NCBI RefSeq assembly: GCF_009914755.1 | Contig: NC_060927.1 | From: the human T2T-CHM13v2.0 reference genome, Homo sapiens | Length of the DNA stretch: 64,000 bases | Direction: 5' to 3' (one strand) | Part shown: one piece after another, positions 48,073 to 60,796 of the stretch | Layout of the letters: each line of letters opens with the position of its first letter | Position numbering within the stretch: the stretch's first letter is position 1 | Position numbers and translations under genes: made by a program | The notes under the pieces: generated by a model | Told to the model about the DNA's origin: nothing | Database searches by the model: none | Seen by the model: the letters and a program-made list of their open reading frames with translations, nothing else

Positions 48073-48357
48073 AGCCGGGTGCGGTGGCTCACACCTGTAA
48101 TCCCAGCACTTTGGGAGGCCAAGGCAGGTGGATCACCTGAGGTCAGGTGTTCAAGAGTAGCCTGGCAAACACGGTGAAACCCTGTCTCTACTAAAAATAC
48201 AAAAATTAGCTGAGTGTGGTAGCACACACCTGTAATCCCAGCTATCACTTGATAATCACTTGAACCTGGGAGGGGGAGGTTGCAGTGAGCAGAGATCATA
48301 CCACTGCACTCCAGCCTGGGAGACAAAGCAAGACTCCATTCCCGCTCCCCCCAAAAA
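48073..48357 (+). mobile_element. AluSx-like element
   Basis: Dimer with a 13-bp TSD aaaattaagtggg (48060-48072 and 48358-48370) and a small deletion in the right arm. Confidence 0.95.
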
Positions 48358-48674
48358 AAAATTAAGTGGGGATACTGGAAATGACTAAAATGTATAGACT
48401 CCTAGATTCAATGCAGGCAATCAGGGAAACTCCTAGCAAGGGCATGAGATGACATCAAGGGATCATGGCAAGAGGCAACAAGTGGGAAATCCAGCAAGTG
48501 GGTAAGGTTCAGTATTCACAAACAGGAAATAGAATAAGCAATGGACAAGAAAGGAAGGCTGTTAGAGAGGTCCAGTAGCAATTACACTAAAGATATAAGA
48601 GTACTATATAGGAAATAATGATTATCAATGTTCACTGCCTACCTGATGTCTGTTTCCACTCCCTTTCTTTGCAA

Positions 48675-48765
48675 AAAGAAAAAAGAAAGAAAGAAAAGGA
48701 AGAGGGGAAGGAAGAAGAGAATTAGGAGAAAGAAGGAAGAAAAAAGAAGAAAGGTAGGAAATAAA
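48675..48765. repeat. GA-rich low-complexity tract
   Basis: aaagaaagaaag...gaaggaagaag. Confidence 0.8.
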
Positions 48766-48837
48766 TAAGTGTTGTTTCAATAGTGATGTCCCAGGTAAAT
48801 GTTTTTATTTTTCAGCCTTTCTTATAGCGAGACATGG

Positions 48838-49705
48838 TTGTGTGGCACTGACTGCCTGGAAAATTGCATTAAAGGCCCAAATTCTTCACTCTTCCTGTGG
48901 CCATGTGGTTTGTCATGGAAATTTGCTGTGCTCTCCAACTCTGACTCTGAGTTCATCCATGTAATTTGTTTTGGCCAACAGAATGATCCTTGCCAATTCT
49001 AAGCTTGGCTTTCAAGAGGTTTCAAGAGGCTTTGCATATATATATTTGCTTAATCTTGCACCTCTGCTCTGCTGGGATAGTCTCCCGGTTCCAGGAAGAG
49101 GAAAAGAAAATGACGATGCAGAGCTGACGCTTGAATAAAGGTGCCTCAACCAAACCCAGCCTCATCCAGCCTAGAGCACAGTTTCAGCTAACGTGCAAAT
49201 GTTTAAGGGAGCTCAGCAGAACTCAGCAGACCCACTCCTATTAGCCCGGCCCTGATTAGCTGAATCCCAGATCATGATGTATAAATGTTTATTGTTGTAT
49301 GCTATTGAAGTTTTGTAGTTGTTTGTTATGCATCAAAAACTAATATGCTGATAAATAAGACACATAGAAATCCAATAGCAGAGAAAGGAGAGATATTAAG
49401 AAAGCCTTTTTCCCTAAAACAAGAGTACTGCATTTACTCTTTCCTCATCTCGCTGCCTTAAATCAGATTTAATATCTGAAGGTGCAAAAGTCATCTTGTG
49501 ATCAAGTGTATATAAATAAAGATGCTAAAGATGGCGGGGTAAAAAGACAGAAAAGCTCTGGTCTCTGATGGCATTGTGATGCAATGTACAAGTCCTGGTT
49601 TATCTAATTCTGGATTAGGTATGAGAAATGGAATATAAAACTCTGATTTGTTAAGCTACTGTATTCAAAGTTTCTGTTATAGATAGCAAAAAACATCCTT
49701 AACAC
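48838..49705 (+). mobile_element. Old MLT1 (G-K type) LTR remnants, probably two
   Basis: Two MLT1-like 3' ends: ...ttttgtagttgtttgttatgcatcaaaaactaata (~49345) and ...tgttaagctactg...tttctgttatagatagc (~49690). Confidence 0.55.
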
Positions 49706-50987
49706 AAGAATCAAAGCATGACTCCATTTCTGGATGGGGCATATGGTGGAAACAAATAGAAATATACCAGTGAGTGAAAACAAATAGTAAAGGATAGAAC
49801 AAGGAGCAGAGGAGACCTGACACCAGACCACAGTTCCTACTGTTTTAGAATTCATTATTTCCAGTTCGTAGTGACGGGACTGAGCCCAGAGAAAGGGAAG
49901 AGTGAAGCACAACTGTAGAATCCTAGAGAAATAGGGACACGAACAAATAATTATATTAACATTGTCAGGTTTAATTTGATCAATTGGCCACATGTTTTAG
50001 GACCTTAGGCTATTTGGGGCCTCAACCTTTTTCATTTCTTCTTTTAAAAACATTTCATTACTCTTTTTTTCCCTAATACTTTTTCTTTCCCTTGTTCTTT
50101 TGATATCTGTATCCCTTTGAATTAGCATTGTTTTCATGGCTTTTTTTTTAATCTGTCAGTCCCTTTATCCATTAAATACAACCCTTTGTGCAATGAAATA
50201 TGTACTTTTACAAACAGAATTTAATTCTTTAAAGTAGCATAGAAATGGCATAGCATGTTTTCATGACAAATTGTAAAAACTGAATAATAACTTATAGTAA
50301 CCAAAGAAAAGATAAATTCTTCCTAAAACCAGCTGAAATTTCACATAAAATCTTTCTGCGATTTATAGCACAAAAGAATTGTTATGAGTTTCTTAAAACA
50401 ATTTTAAGAAACCGATGTGGTATAAATGTGTGAAAATACAAGTCAAATGTGAGCAAACATTTGAGAAATGACACAATCTAAAGCCTTTCCTGTCCCTTTT
50501 GCCAACATACTTTCCTGTAACTGGCTTGCCCTCAGGCTACTGGACAAGTAGCTCCGACTTTCAAAAACTGTACTAGTTCTTCAACCTGCCAGATGATTTA
50601 ATAATGTTCTCTCCAAACGTGGTTAATGTACAATAAGACAAAGAGGTGATTTTCAGATCCTTTTGTTGTTGTTGTTATTCAAACCTAATGTTTGGGATTT
50701 CATTAACACAAACAGATAAATATATTGAACATGCTCTGTGTGTTCACATTTGAGCCACAGCAGGAAAGAAAAACAGCAACGTCCATGTGATTTCTTCTTG
50801 CTGCCTTGGGACATTGGAGCCTTTGAGGATAATAACACGATAAATATAGGATAACTCTAATGGGTATAGAATTGAATTTCTACACAGTTAAATGGATGTA
50901 TTAATTAGGTTTCTTTGGCTGCAGGCAACAGAAAGTAATTCTTGGTAACTTGGTCGGGGAGAAAGATACTAAAAATCTATGAGGATA

Positions 50988-51266
50988 GGCCGGGTATGGT
51001 GGCTCAGGCCTGTAATCCCAGCACTTTGGGAGGCCGAGGCCAAGAGTTCACAACCCACCTGGCCAATGTTGTGAAACCTTGTCTCTACTAAAAATACAGA
51101 ATTAGATGGGTGCAGTGGTGCATGCCTGTAATCCCAGCTACTCAGGAGGCTGAGGCAGGAAAATCACTTGAACCCGTGAGGTGGAGGTTGTAGTGAGCTG
51201 AGATTGCATCACTGCACTCCTGCCTGGGAGACAGACTGAGTGAGACTCTGTCTAAAAAAAAAAAAA
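50988..51266 (+). mobile_element. AluS with an internal left-arm deletion
   Basis: Dimer with an A13 tail; TSD aaaaatctatgaggata / aaaagtctataaggata; deletion between two gagg motifs. Confidence 0.93.
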
Positions 51267-51565
51267 GTCTATAAGGATAGTTCAAAAAATTGAATAAAAG
51301 CTACATAGAACAAGGCTTCAGGAAGGGCAGGAACTGAGGAAGCTCCAGGGATCTTAGTAACAGTAATTAATATGCTATTTATTGAGAGTATAAGTACCAA
51401 GTATAAATCAGTCCCAACTGGTTATTCAGGAAAACAGCATCCAACGCCTAGGGGAAGACTAAGGTACCACTCGCAAAAGGATTGAGGGAGTTTCCCCAAA
51501 GGAAAGTTAAGGACTATTTCAAAAATAACAACCCAAGAATGTTAAGCAAAATCAAGAATGTCACC

Positions 51566-51617
51566 ATAATGAAAAAATTACAAAGGCCCAGATAATGATA
51601 AAATTACAAAGGCCCAG
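51566..51617. repeat. 26-bp tandem duplication (2 copies, 1 mismatch)
   Basis: ataatgaaaaaattacaaaggcccag followed by ataatgataaaattacaaaggcccag. Confidence 0.9.
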
Positions 51618-51684
51618 ATTTCCCGAGGTACCAGTTAGGAGAACAGAATGTTACAGAGAGATCTAAGATCAAAACAGAGTTTGC

Positions 51685-51981
51685 TTTTTTTTTTGTTTTG
51701 TTTGAGTCTTGCTCTGTTGTCCAGGGTGGATTGCAGTGGGCAATCTGGGGGCTCACTGAAACCTATGGCTCCCTGGTTCAAGCGATTCTCCTTCCTCAGC
51801 CTCCCGAGTAGCTGGGATTACTGGGCATGTGCCACTGCGCCTGGTTAATTTTTGTATTTTTAGTAGAGATGGGGTTTCACCATGTTGGCCAAGCTGGTCT
51901 CGAACTCCTCACGTCAAATGATCTACCTGCCTCAGCTTCCCAAAGTGCTGGGGTTACAGGCGTGAGCCACTGTGCCTGGCC
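51685..51981 (-). mobile_element. AluSx-like element
   Basis: Reverse-complement dimer with a T tail; flanking gagtttgc direct repeat. Confidence 0.94.
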
Positions 51982-52755
51982 AGGAGTTTGCATTCTATTC
52001 AAGGGATTCACCTACTTTATTCCTCCTGATATAAAGGACAGGAAGTAATATGTGTAAAAGAATTTTCAATTTCAAAATTAGCATAAGTCATCTTCATCTC
52101 TAGAGAGGAAAGGGATACAGTGAAGCTTCTGCAATTGTTCTTCCTTGGAAGTACAATACTAGTTTTTAAAACTTTTCTCCTTTGAATACAGAATGTTCAT
52201 ATTGCTTTCACACTGGAAGTGGATAGTTTTATTATATCATCTATATCATAAGACATTTCTAAACCTTTATTTTTATAAGTATAAGCTAAAATGCAAAATG
52301 GGCTACATTTTATAAAAGTAATTATTTCATTTCATTAAATTGATGGGAGATAATTAAATGCAGAGATTAGCACAATTAGAATAAATTAATAATTGTTTTA
52401 ATATTCTTCTGGATCCAAATCAGTATTTCCATATAATAACAGTGGAATGCACAATCAGGTATTAAATGCTAAGTCAATTAATCATGTTAAAGGTGCTGAT
52501 TTAAATGCCAAAAGAATTAACACGACCTTTCATTTATCAAGAACTGCTGGCATTTTGAAAAGATTTAGAAAACACTGTTTTGAAAATACTTCAAGACTCT
52601 TAGGAATCATTTGAACTTGTTTCTTTTAAAGATAGTCTTCTCCTCTAATGAAATATTGCAAAAAGAGCTAAATGTTTTTATGGCGGAACATTTAAGCATC
52701 CCTCCAAATTGAAAGAATCATGTTAACAGTCAAAAGCTGTTTTGAAGATGGACTC

Positions 52756-52798
52756 TGTGTGTGTGTATGTGTGTGTGTGTGTGTGTGTGGTTGTGTGT
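52756..52798. repeat. (TG)n microsatellite
   Basis: Read directly from the sequence. Confidence 0.92.
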
Positions 52799-52948
52799 AA
52801 GTGTCTCAACTACAACATAATTTAAAATTCTGTTACATCTGGACCTAAACTTCAAGGCAGGGAAGAAGTTTCACCAGAAACCTACTTTTTCGGAAATGTT
52901 TAAGAGCTAACTCATCCTAAAGGTGGCAAAAGTGAAATAAGCAGGGCC

Positions 52949-53578
52949 ATGGCAGGCATGATTCTAAGGCAGCCCCTGAAGACTGTCTGCCCTGATTCTT
53001 GGACCTCTGAGTACAATGAGCTAACATGTCTGGATTATGTTATCTTATTCGGCAAAGGGATTCTGTAGACATAAAGTCACTAATCAGTTGACTTTGAGTT
53101 TATCAAATGCAAAGTTATTCGAGTGGGCCTAATCTAATCACACAAACCCTTGAGAGGCAAAAAATTTTGTTTGGCTGGTGGCAGAAAAAGAAATCAGAGA
53201 GTCAAAGCACAAAAAGAAATCTATACACCATTGCCGGCTGTGAGGATGGAGGGGCTGTGGTCAAAAACTGGAGGGAGACCATGAGGAGTGACAGTGACCC
53301 CTGGTGGACAGCCAACAAGGGAGTGTGGATCTCAGTCCTACAGTCACAAGGATGCTAAATTCTGCCAACAATTTGAATGATCTTAGAAGCAGATTCTTCC
53401 TCAAAACTTGCAGATACATAAGCCCAGCCTGGCTTATCTTTGTTTTGGCCTTGTGAGACCTATGCAGAGAACCCGGTCCAGGGTGCCTAGATCTATAGAA
53501 CTGTGAAATAATAAATGAGCATTGTTTTAAGTTGCTGAATTTGTGGTAATTTGTTATGCAGCAATTGAAACTTGTACA
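52949..53578 (+). mobile_element. MLT1E-like MaLR solo LTR
   Basis: ggcaggcatgattctaagg...taatcagttgactttgagtt...aattctgccaacaa...tttgtggtaatttgttatgcagcaattgaaacttgtaca. Confidence 0.85.
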
Positions 53579-53899
53579 TGGGCATAAAATGAAAGTGTTC
53601 TTTATCAAGGAGGATGGCATGAGACTGTCATTTCAGTTTGTCTCCCAGTGCAAATGAGTCTCTGGATTCCTGTTTGAGTCCTATGGAGAAGAGGAGGAGA
53701 TTTGGGGTTAAATAGCTGCTGACACCATTACATGGTATAGATAGGACAAACATAAGCCAAAAAACTGAGCTGCTTTGCATACAATGTGCCATAAAATAAT
53801 CCATGAAAACAGTTGGAAGAGGGATGAAACAAGATTACCAAATTTTTGATAATATTTTAATATATGTTTAAAGTTTCTATATAACATGATATATTTTCC

Positions 53900-54960
53900 A
53901 TATAACATATTTCTATAAAGAATATAAATTTGAACATCAAAAAAATTGTGACTGTGATAGATAGAAACATATCAAGTATATAAAAATTCATGAGTTCATA
54001 ATAAAACTCCAAAATCCTTGCCTAACAATTTTTAGAGGTTGTTAGGACGATTTTTTTTTTCAGAAAACTGAAATCAGTGAAATAATTAGCATTTATCTTT
54101 TCTGTAACAACTATTCAGAGGGATCAGAAAGTTGATAAGGGATGGGTTCTCCTCTGTAAAATAATATCTATTAGAAAAGAAACACTTTTGTACCCCTAAT
54201 AATTAATATTATAGTATTCATTAACGGCTGCTAATATTACTGATAAGGATCTTTATGATGACTGGCTAGGCAGAGAATACCTGAATCCATCAGTGGATCC
54301 TAAGATCACGAAGACAGAAAGAACTACCTTTGTATTACAAACCTAGCTCCACTTACGTATTAATCTTGCAAAAATAAATTGGATCAGAATCCAATGAAGC
54401 AGCTACATCAAAATGTTCACTTATAGAAATTTCAAGTGACAGAAAAGCATGTTAAATTATACCAGAAAGATGCAATCAACATAATCTACAGTATGGGAAA
54501 GTCTACAGGACAAAAGTATTGTTTCTGCAATAAACAAATAGTATTTTAAAAACAAGTGAGGACTGCAATAGAATAAAGGAATTTAAGAGGTAAATCAACC
54601 AAATGCAATGTGTTGACTTATTTGAACAAATCAACTGATATATATACTCAAATTGTCCATAAACTAGGTGTTAAATACTATAAAGGAATTATCATTAATT
54701 ATTTTAAGATTATAATTGTATTGTAGCTAAATTTAAAAGAACAGTCCTTATCTATTGGAAATATTTAAGTAATTACCAATAAAACGATTTTGTCTGAATT
54801 TACTTTAAGAAAACTCCAACCAAAAATATATATATATATACACATATATACATTTATATAGTGCATAGTGCATTTATGGGAATAGACAAGTAGATCAATC
54901 ATGAATAGAAATACATAAAGTGAATAATGATAGTTCTTGAGGTTGGATAGTGTGTATATG
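53900..54960 (+). mobile_element. L1MC-type 3' UTR fragment
   Basis: aaaattcatgagttcataat; gatgcaatcaacataatctacagtatgggaaagtctacaggacaaa; aatcaaccaaatgcaatgtg. Confidence 0.6.
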
Positions 54961-54984
54961 GGTTTTCCTTATACATATCCAAAG

Positions 54985-55012
<28 letters not shown>
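54985..55012. repeat. (CA)n microsatellite
   Basis: Read directly from the sequence. Confidence 0.92.
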
Positions 55013-55016
<4 letters not shown>

Positions 55017-55689
55017 TGCTAATATTTCACCTAGAATATAACCCCAAAATGCCAAGAGGACAGATTGAAAAGTTTCAAAAATTTCAAAAGTTTCAAACGG
55101 ACCAAAGAAAATGGAAGGGAAAAATATTTAAAATTTTATTTTCATTTCAGAACATAAAAGAGGCAAGAATATTTAAAGTTCTCATTAGAAAAAATGAAAA
55201 AAATCCTTTCTGTGGACCCATTATAGCAAAATTTCGAGACATCAGAAAAATCTGAAAATCCTCCAAAGAGGAAAAAAGACCCATTAAGGAGCAATAATTG
55301 GAGTAACATAGAACTTCTCATAGGTAAGAATGAATGCAAAATAATGGAGAAGTATCTTAAATAGTTTAAAAGAGAAATAATTTTTGTTAGAATTTCAAAT
55401 CATGAAAAAGCAAAATAAAGACATTTTCAGATACTAAAATGTAATTTTCAAAAACTCACTCTGAAAGATTAGCTAGAGTTTAAGGAAAAAAAGAATTACA
55501 AAAACTGTGAGAAGTAATAATAATAATGTGTAACTGAAATTCTAGATGATCTTAATATGGGAAGGAAGGAGAAGAAGAAAAAAATTGTACTTGGGCCCAA
55601 TGGATAAGATTAACCCAACGTAATTTGTAAAATTATGATTCAACATGAGTTAAAGTTTTCATATTTAAAATATTAGTGCTAAAAAGAAA

Positions 55690-56305
55690 ATAACACATGT
55701 TACTAAGTGTTGGAGAAGATGTGGAACAATCAGAACTCTCATACACTGCTGGTGAGAGTTCAGATTGGTACAATCACTTTGGGAAAGTGACCGTGTCTAC
55801 CAGTATTGGATATACACATACCATATGACCCAATAATTTTATTTATAGAAATATACCCAACATAAACTAGTACTAATATACATCAAAAGACTTGTACTAG
55901 AATATTCATGGCTGCATTATTTGTAATTGCCAAAAACTAAAAATTACCTGAAGCCCATCAACAGTAGAATGCATAAATAAATTATGGCATAGTGATACAA
56001 CAAAGTATTATATAATAACGACAATGAATAAACTACAACTATGTGTAACAATACAGATGAATCTCACCAACATAATGTCAGCAAGAAAAAAAGAGCCAAA
56101 CAAAAATAAATACCACATGATTCCATGTATATAAAATTCAAGAAGAGGAGAAACTAATCTCTTATGTTAGAAGCCAGGATAATGGTTATCTTGGGGAAAG
56201 AAGTTAGAACTGGAAGAGGGCCCAAGGGGGCCTCCAGGATGCTACTAATATTCTGTTTTTTGTTTTGGGTGTGAAAAATCATCAAACTATATGTTTATGA
56301 TTTCT
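55690..56305 (+). mobile_element. L1ME-type 3' end
   Basis: aagtgttggagaagatgtggaacaatcagaactctcatacactgctggtgagagt...gatgaatctcaccaacataatgt...tgattccatgtatataaaattcaag. Confidence 0.75.
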
Positions 56306-56889
56306 TGCCTTGAAATCAAGAAAAATGTCAAATATTAAGGGAACTCCTGAAAATTAGAACTTACAAAAAATGTAGAACTACCATATGGATAGAGGTGAAA
56401 ATAGAATGATTGGCCAACCCAGTAAGAAGTAGAAAAGAAAACACCAAGGAATGGAAAGGATGGTAAATTGAGCACAAAAAAAAGAAATGACAAAATAAGT
56501 CCAAACTTACCAGTAATTCCCCCCAAAAGTGAATGCTTTAAATTTACCTCATAAAAGACAGAAATTCTCAGATACTGTACTGTTCATATGATATAAAGAC
56601 TCATTTAAACAAAGTAACACAAAAGATTTAAGATTCCAAGTGTGATAAAAACCAACAAGGAAATATTAGTTAAAAAAATCTGATGTACTAGCATTTTTAG
56701 TAGCAAAAAAAAAGTAGATTTGAAGATATTGAAAAGGACAAAAAGGAGTATTTCAAATTTATGAAGGGAATAATTCACCAAGAAAGAACAACAGCCAAGT
56801 ATAGCTGCAATATATATAAATAGAGAAATTGACAAATACAAAATCATGTGAGGAAACTTCCTATGGGAACTCTCAAACAGAAAATATAC

Positions 56890-57188
56890 TTTTTTGTTAA
56901 GAGGCAGGGTCTTGCGCTGTTGCCCAGGGTGGAGTACAGTGACACAGTCATAGCTCACTGCAGCTGAAACTCCTGGGATCAAGCAATCCTCCCACTTAAA
57001 GCCTCCTGAGTAGCTGCAACTATAGGCATGTACCACCATGCCCAGCTAAATTTTTTTATTTTTATTTTTGTAGAGATGAGGTCTTACCATGCTGTCCAGG
57101 CTGGTGTCAAACTCCTGGCCTCAAGCAATCCTCCCGTCTCAGCTTCCCGAAGTTCTGAGATTACAGGCATAAACCACTGTGCCTGGCT
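56890..57188 (-). mobile_element. AluJ element
   Basis: Reverse dimer with AluJ features (catagctcactgcagc, aagcaatcctccc); TSD aaaatatac at 56881-56889 and 57190-57198. Confidence 0.93.
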
Positions 57189-58274
57189 AAAAATATACAT
57201 TTTATTCAAATACAAGTGGAACACTTACAAAATATAATTATATACCACATAATTTTATTTCAAATCATTAAAAAATAAAATTTAAAACTCTTTATCGAAG
57301 ATAAGCCAAATCATCATATAATTATAGGTGTCTGTCTCGATCATGAGTGAATAATTCATTACCATGATAAGTAGATGTTTTTTCCGTCATAACTGCAATT
57401 TTTTATTAAAGAATAAAATTATATAAGACAATGATAACACTCTAATTATTGCTAAAATCTGTCTGTGTGAAAAATTGTGTGAATGAAAAGAGATATGACC
57501 TAGGTCTCACAAATTTTCTGAATAAGTAGCCTTGTAAGAGAATATTGGACTACACTGGTTTGCATGTCAATCTTAGAAATCTCTAAATTCAATAACTTTT
57601 GACATGTAAACTCTGGGGCAGAAGAGAGAAATTTCAGTATTATATTTTGAAAGCTATTTAGGCATAATGGATGCTAATGTTAGCTAATTCAGACACATAA
57701 CTACTCAGGCAGCATATTTGTGCAACTCACAGCTCCACCACCAATATTGACTCTACTTTTCCTGTGTATGTGTGTGTGTATTGAGTACAATAGAGGCTCT
57801 TGTAACTGGTAACAATGTAAGTAACAGTATTCTGAGCAGCATGCCTCGTGGCTAATTCTATAGTGATAGAACATCACAGTTCTCTTGCTTTGCCAAGAAG
57901 CATTGCCTAACATTAAACAGAGCTTGAGTCTAAGTTTGGGCTCCTTATTTTTTGAGGCAAGAGGAGGAATCTTGTACAAAATTTCCCCTAAAAAAAAGAC
58001 AGTTGCTCAGTTGTAAATGGAGTCCTTATTTATTAAAATAAAAAAGTATTCATTTTCACTGAACATGTTTTTGATTGTCGAGAAAATCTAGAACTGTACC
58101 TTCTGAAACCAATTCATACATTTTCTACAAGACATTCATCTTTGGTCCAGACTTCATTTTATTCTCCCAAGAATATAATACATTCAATTCACAACAACTT
58201 TACAAAAAAATTGTAATAGGCAATTTGATATTAATCATGTAATTTCTTCCTCCTAATCATACAAACTTTATTAG

Positions 58275-58333
58275 GGAGAGAAAGAGAGAGAGAGAGGAGA
58301 AAAAGAGAGAGAGAGAGGAGAGAAAGAGAGAGA
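58275..58333. repeat. (GA)n-rich microsatellite
   Basis: Read directly from the sequence. Confidence 0.88.
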
Positions 58334-58348
58334 CTTTGTGTACATAGG

Positions 58349-58541
58349 TAGTAGTGTACTGGTTAATGTTTAACATCTGGCTTCTCCCTGGAGGGAAAAA
58401 AAAAGTGCTGGTTTGTAACATTTGCTGGTTTCCATGGTGTAAATACTCCTTCTATGACTGATTTCAAGCTGCCAACATGATTCCTAAAAATCTAACAATC
58501 AGCTGTTATAAGCCAGTGCAGGCCAGTTTCAGCACACCAGT
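58349..58541. mobile_element. MER63-like hAT DNA transposon
   Basis: agtagtgtactggttaatgtttaaca...ccatggtgtaaatactcc...tcagcacaccagtgg, with imperfect terminal inverted repeats. Confidence 0.7.
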
Positions 58542-58808
58542 GGGGGAAAATGCTTTTAAACCATCAAAATTGAATTGATGAAAGTGTCTGCATTTTGCTA
58601 CTCTGATTATGCAGTTTAGGGTATATAATTTATGATAAATGTAATCTTTTATATTCAGTTATTTTTTTACTTAGGTAAAATATTTGGCAACATAAATGTC
58701 ATCCTTTTATACCATCAGATCTCAGAGAGAGAAGGTTGAATATAATTACACATGCACAAATCAACAATATAAAAATTAATAACTGCAGAATCAAAGCTAC
58801 AAAAATAG

Positions 58809-59352
58809 CTCTTTCAGCCAGAACCACCATCTTCCAGTAATTCACCAAAATGACGAACACAAAGGGAAACAGGAGAGTCACCTGATAATTGTTCTCTTGG
58901 CCTTTCAGAAAACATAGAATTGTTCCTTTGGCCACATACATGGGAATCCACAAGAAAGGCGATATTGTAGACATCAAAGGAATGGATACTGTTCAAAAAG
59001 GAATGCCCCACAAGTGCTACCATGGCAAACCTGGAAGAGTCTACAATGTTACCCAGCATGCTGTTGGCATTGTTCTAAACAAACAAGGGCAGGATTCTTG
59101 CCAAGAGAATTAATGTGCATATTAAGCACATTAAGCACTCTAAGACCCGAAATAGCTTCCTGAAACGCGTGAAGGAAAATGATCAGAAAAAAAGGAAGCC
59201 AAAGACAAAGGTACTTGGTGTCAGCCAGCTCCACCCAGAGGAGCACACTTTGGAGAACCAATGGAGAGGAGCCTGAGCTGCTGGAACCTATTCCCTATGA
59301 ATTCATGGCATAATAGGTATAGAAAGATAAAAGACCTCTGAACTACAAAAAA
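58809..59352 (+). pseudogene. RPL21: Processed pseudogene of 60S ribosomal protein L21
   Basis: 5'-TOP start ctctttc at 58809; ATG at 58850 (MTNTKG); [26 protein letters not shown]; C-terminus [13 protein letters not shown] with TAA at 59311-59313. Intronless, with stops at codons 12-13 (58883-58888), frameshifting deletions and a short 3' UTR plus A tract. Confidence 0.97.
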
Positions 59353-59409
59353 TAAATATATTTAAAACATATATGTAATATATATGTATATATACACACA
59401 CACACACAT
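59353..59409. repeat. (TA)n/(CA)n compound microsatellite at the pseudogene tail
   Basis: atatatgtaatatatatgtatatatacacacacacacacata. Confidence 0.85.
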
Positions 59410-59422
59410 AAAGGGCACTTTT

Positions 59423-60062
59423 TAAAATTTATTTATTTATTCATTTATTTATTTATACTTTAAGTTCTGGGATACATGTGCAGAACATGCAGGTTTGTTA
59501 CATAGGTATACACATGCCATGGTGGTTTGCTGCACCCATTAACCTGTCATTTACATTAGGTATTTCTCCTAATGCTATCCCTCCCCTAGCCCCCTACCCC
59601 CCAACAGGCCCAGTGTGTGATGTTCCCCTCTCTGTGTCCATGTTTTCTCATTGTTCAGCTCCCACTTAGACTGAGAACATGCAGTGTTTGATTTTCTGTT
59701 CTTGTTTGCTGAGAATGATGGTTTCCAGCTTTGTCCATGTCCTTGCAAAGGACATGAACTCATCTTTTATTATGGCTGCATAGTATTCCATGGTGTGTAT
59801 GTGCCACAATTTCTTTATCCAGTCTATCATTGATGGGCATTTGGGTTGGTTCCAAGTCTTTGCTATTGTGAACAGTGCTGCAATAAACATACGTGTGCAT
59901 GTGTCTTTATAATAGAATGATTTATAATCCTTTGGGTATATACCCAGTAATGGGATTGCTGGGTCAAATGGTATTTCTGATTCTAGATCCTTGAGGAATC
60001 ACCACACTGTCTTCCACAATGGTTGAACTAATTTACACTCCCATCAACAGTGTAAAAGCGTT
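59423..60062 (-). mobile_element. 5'-truncated L1PA7-type 3' end (~640 bp)
   Basis: Perfect 16-bp TSD cataaagggcactttt at 59407-59422 and 60063-60078; (ttta)n tail; L1PA 3' UTR; ORF 59666..59890 is the ORF2p C-terminus. Confidence 0.95.
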
Positions 60063-60555
60063 CATAAAGGGCACTTTTGAAAGTAGAGCCTAAAGACAGT
60101 AAGTAGTTTTCTGTGGTGGTTTCTTTCTTTTTTTTTTTTTTTAATGTGAGTAGATAATAACCATTACCTTCATGCTCTGTTCAACCCTGAGAAGAGCTTT
60201 TCAAGCTGTATTCCAGAAATGCAACATTAGAGTCATGCTGAGAGCTTTTCCTTTTAAAGCAGGTAACAGCTTATTATATAGATGTGGGGAGATATCATTT
60301 AGCTACACGCCCAGCTACACTCCTGGCCTGAGTCACTCTGACAAGCTTTGTATGATTTTCAAATAGGAGAAATGATCTTACTGACACTTTCTTCCAACCC
60401 AGAATGGGCTCCTTTTAATTAGGAAACTAGAAGATATGAAACCTCATTTTTTCCCCTAACTTACTGTACCATGTATCTGCTATTGACATTTTTGAAAAAA
60501 GACATCATTTTCCACATGTTGGGAAATTTTGTTATATTCAGTTTTATAAGTTATA

Positions 60556-60796
60556 CAGCTTAATTATCCCTTATCCAAAATGCTTGGAACCATAAGCATT
60601 TCAGATTTCAATTTTATTCAGATTTTGGAATATTTGCATTCTATATTTTACCCTGGTTAAACATCCCAAATCCAAAAATCCAAAATCTGAAATGCTCCAA
60701 TGAGCTTTTCCTTTGAAAGTCATATCAGCACTCAAAAGAGTTGAATTTTAGAAACATTTCAGATTTCGAATTTTCAGATTTGAGATGCTAAGCCTG
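60556..60796. mobile_element. Tigger4a/MER46A TcMar DNA transposon
   Basis: TA-flanked cagctt...agcctg termini; ccttatccaaaatgcttgga...atccaaaatctgaaatgctccaatgagc. Confidence 0.85.

Noticed and set aside
58889-59113. 74-aa RPL21-like ORF as a functional gene
   Set aside because: It has a TTG start downstream of two in-frame stops, frameshifts after NKQ, and no introns, so it is a pseudogene fragment.
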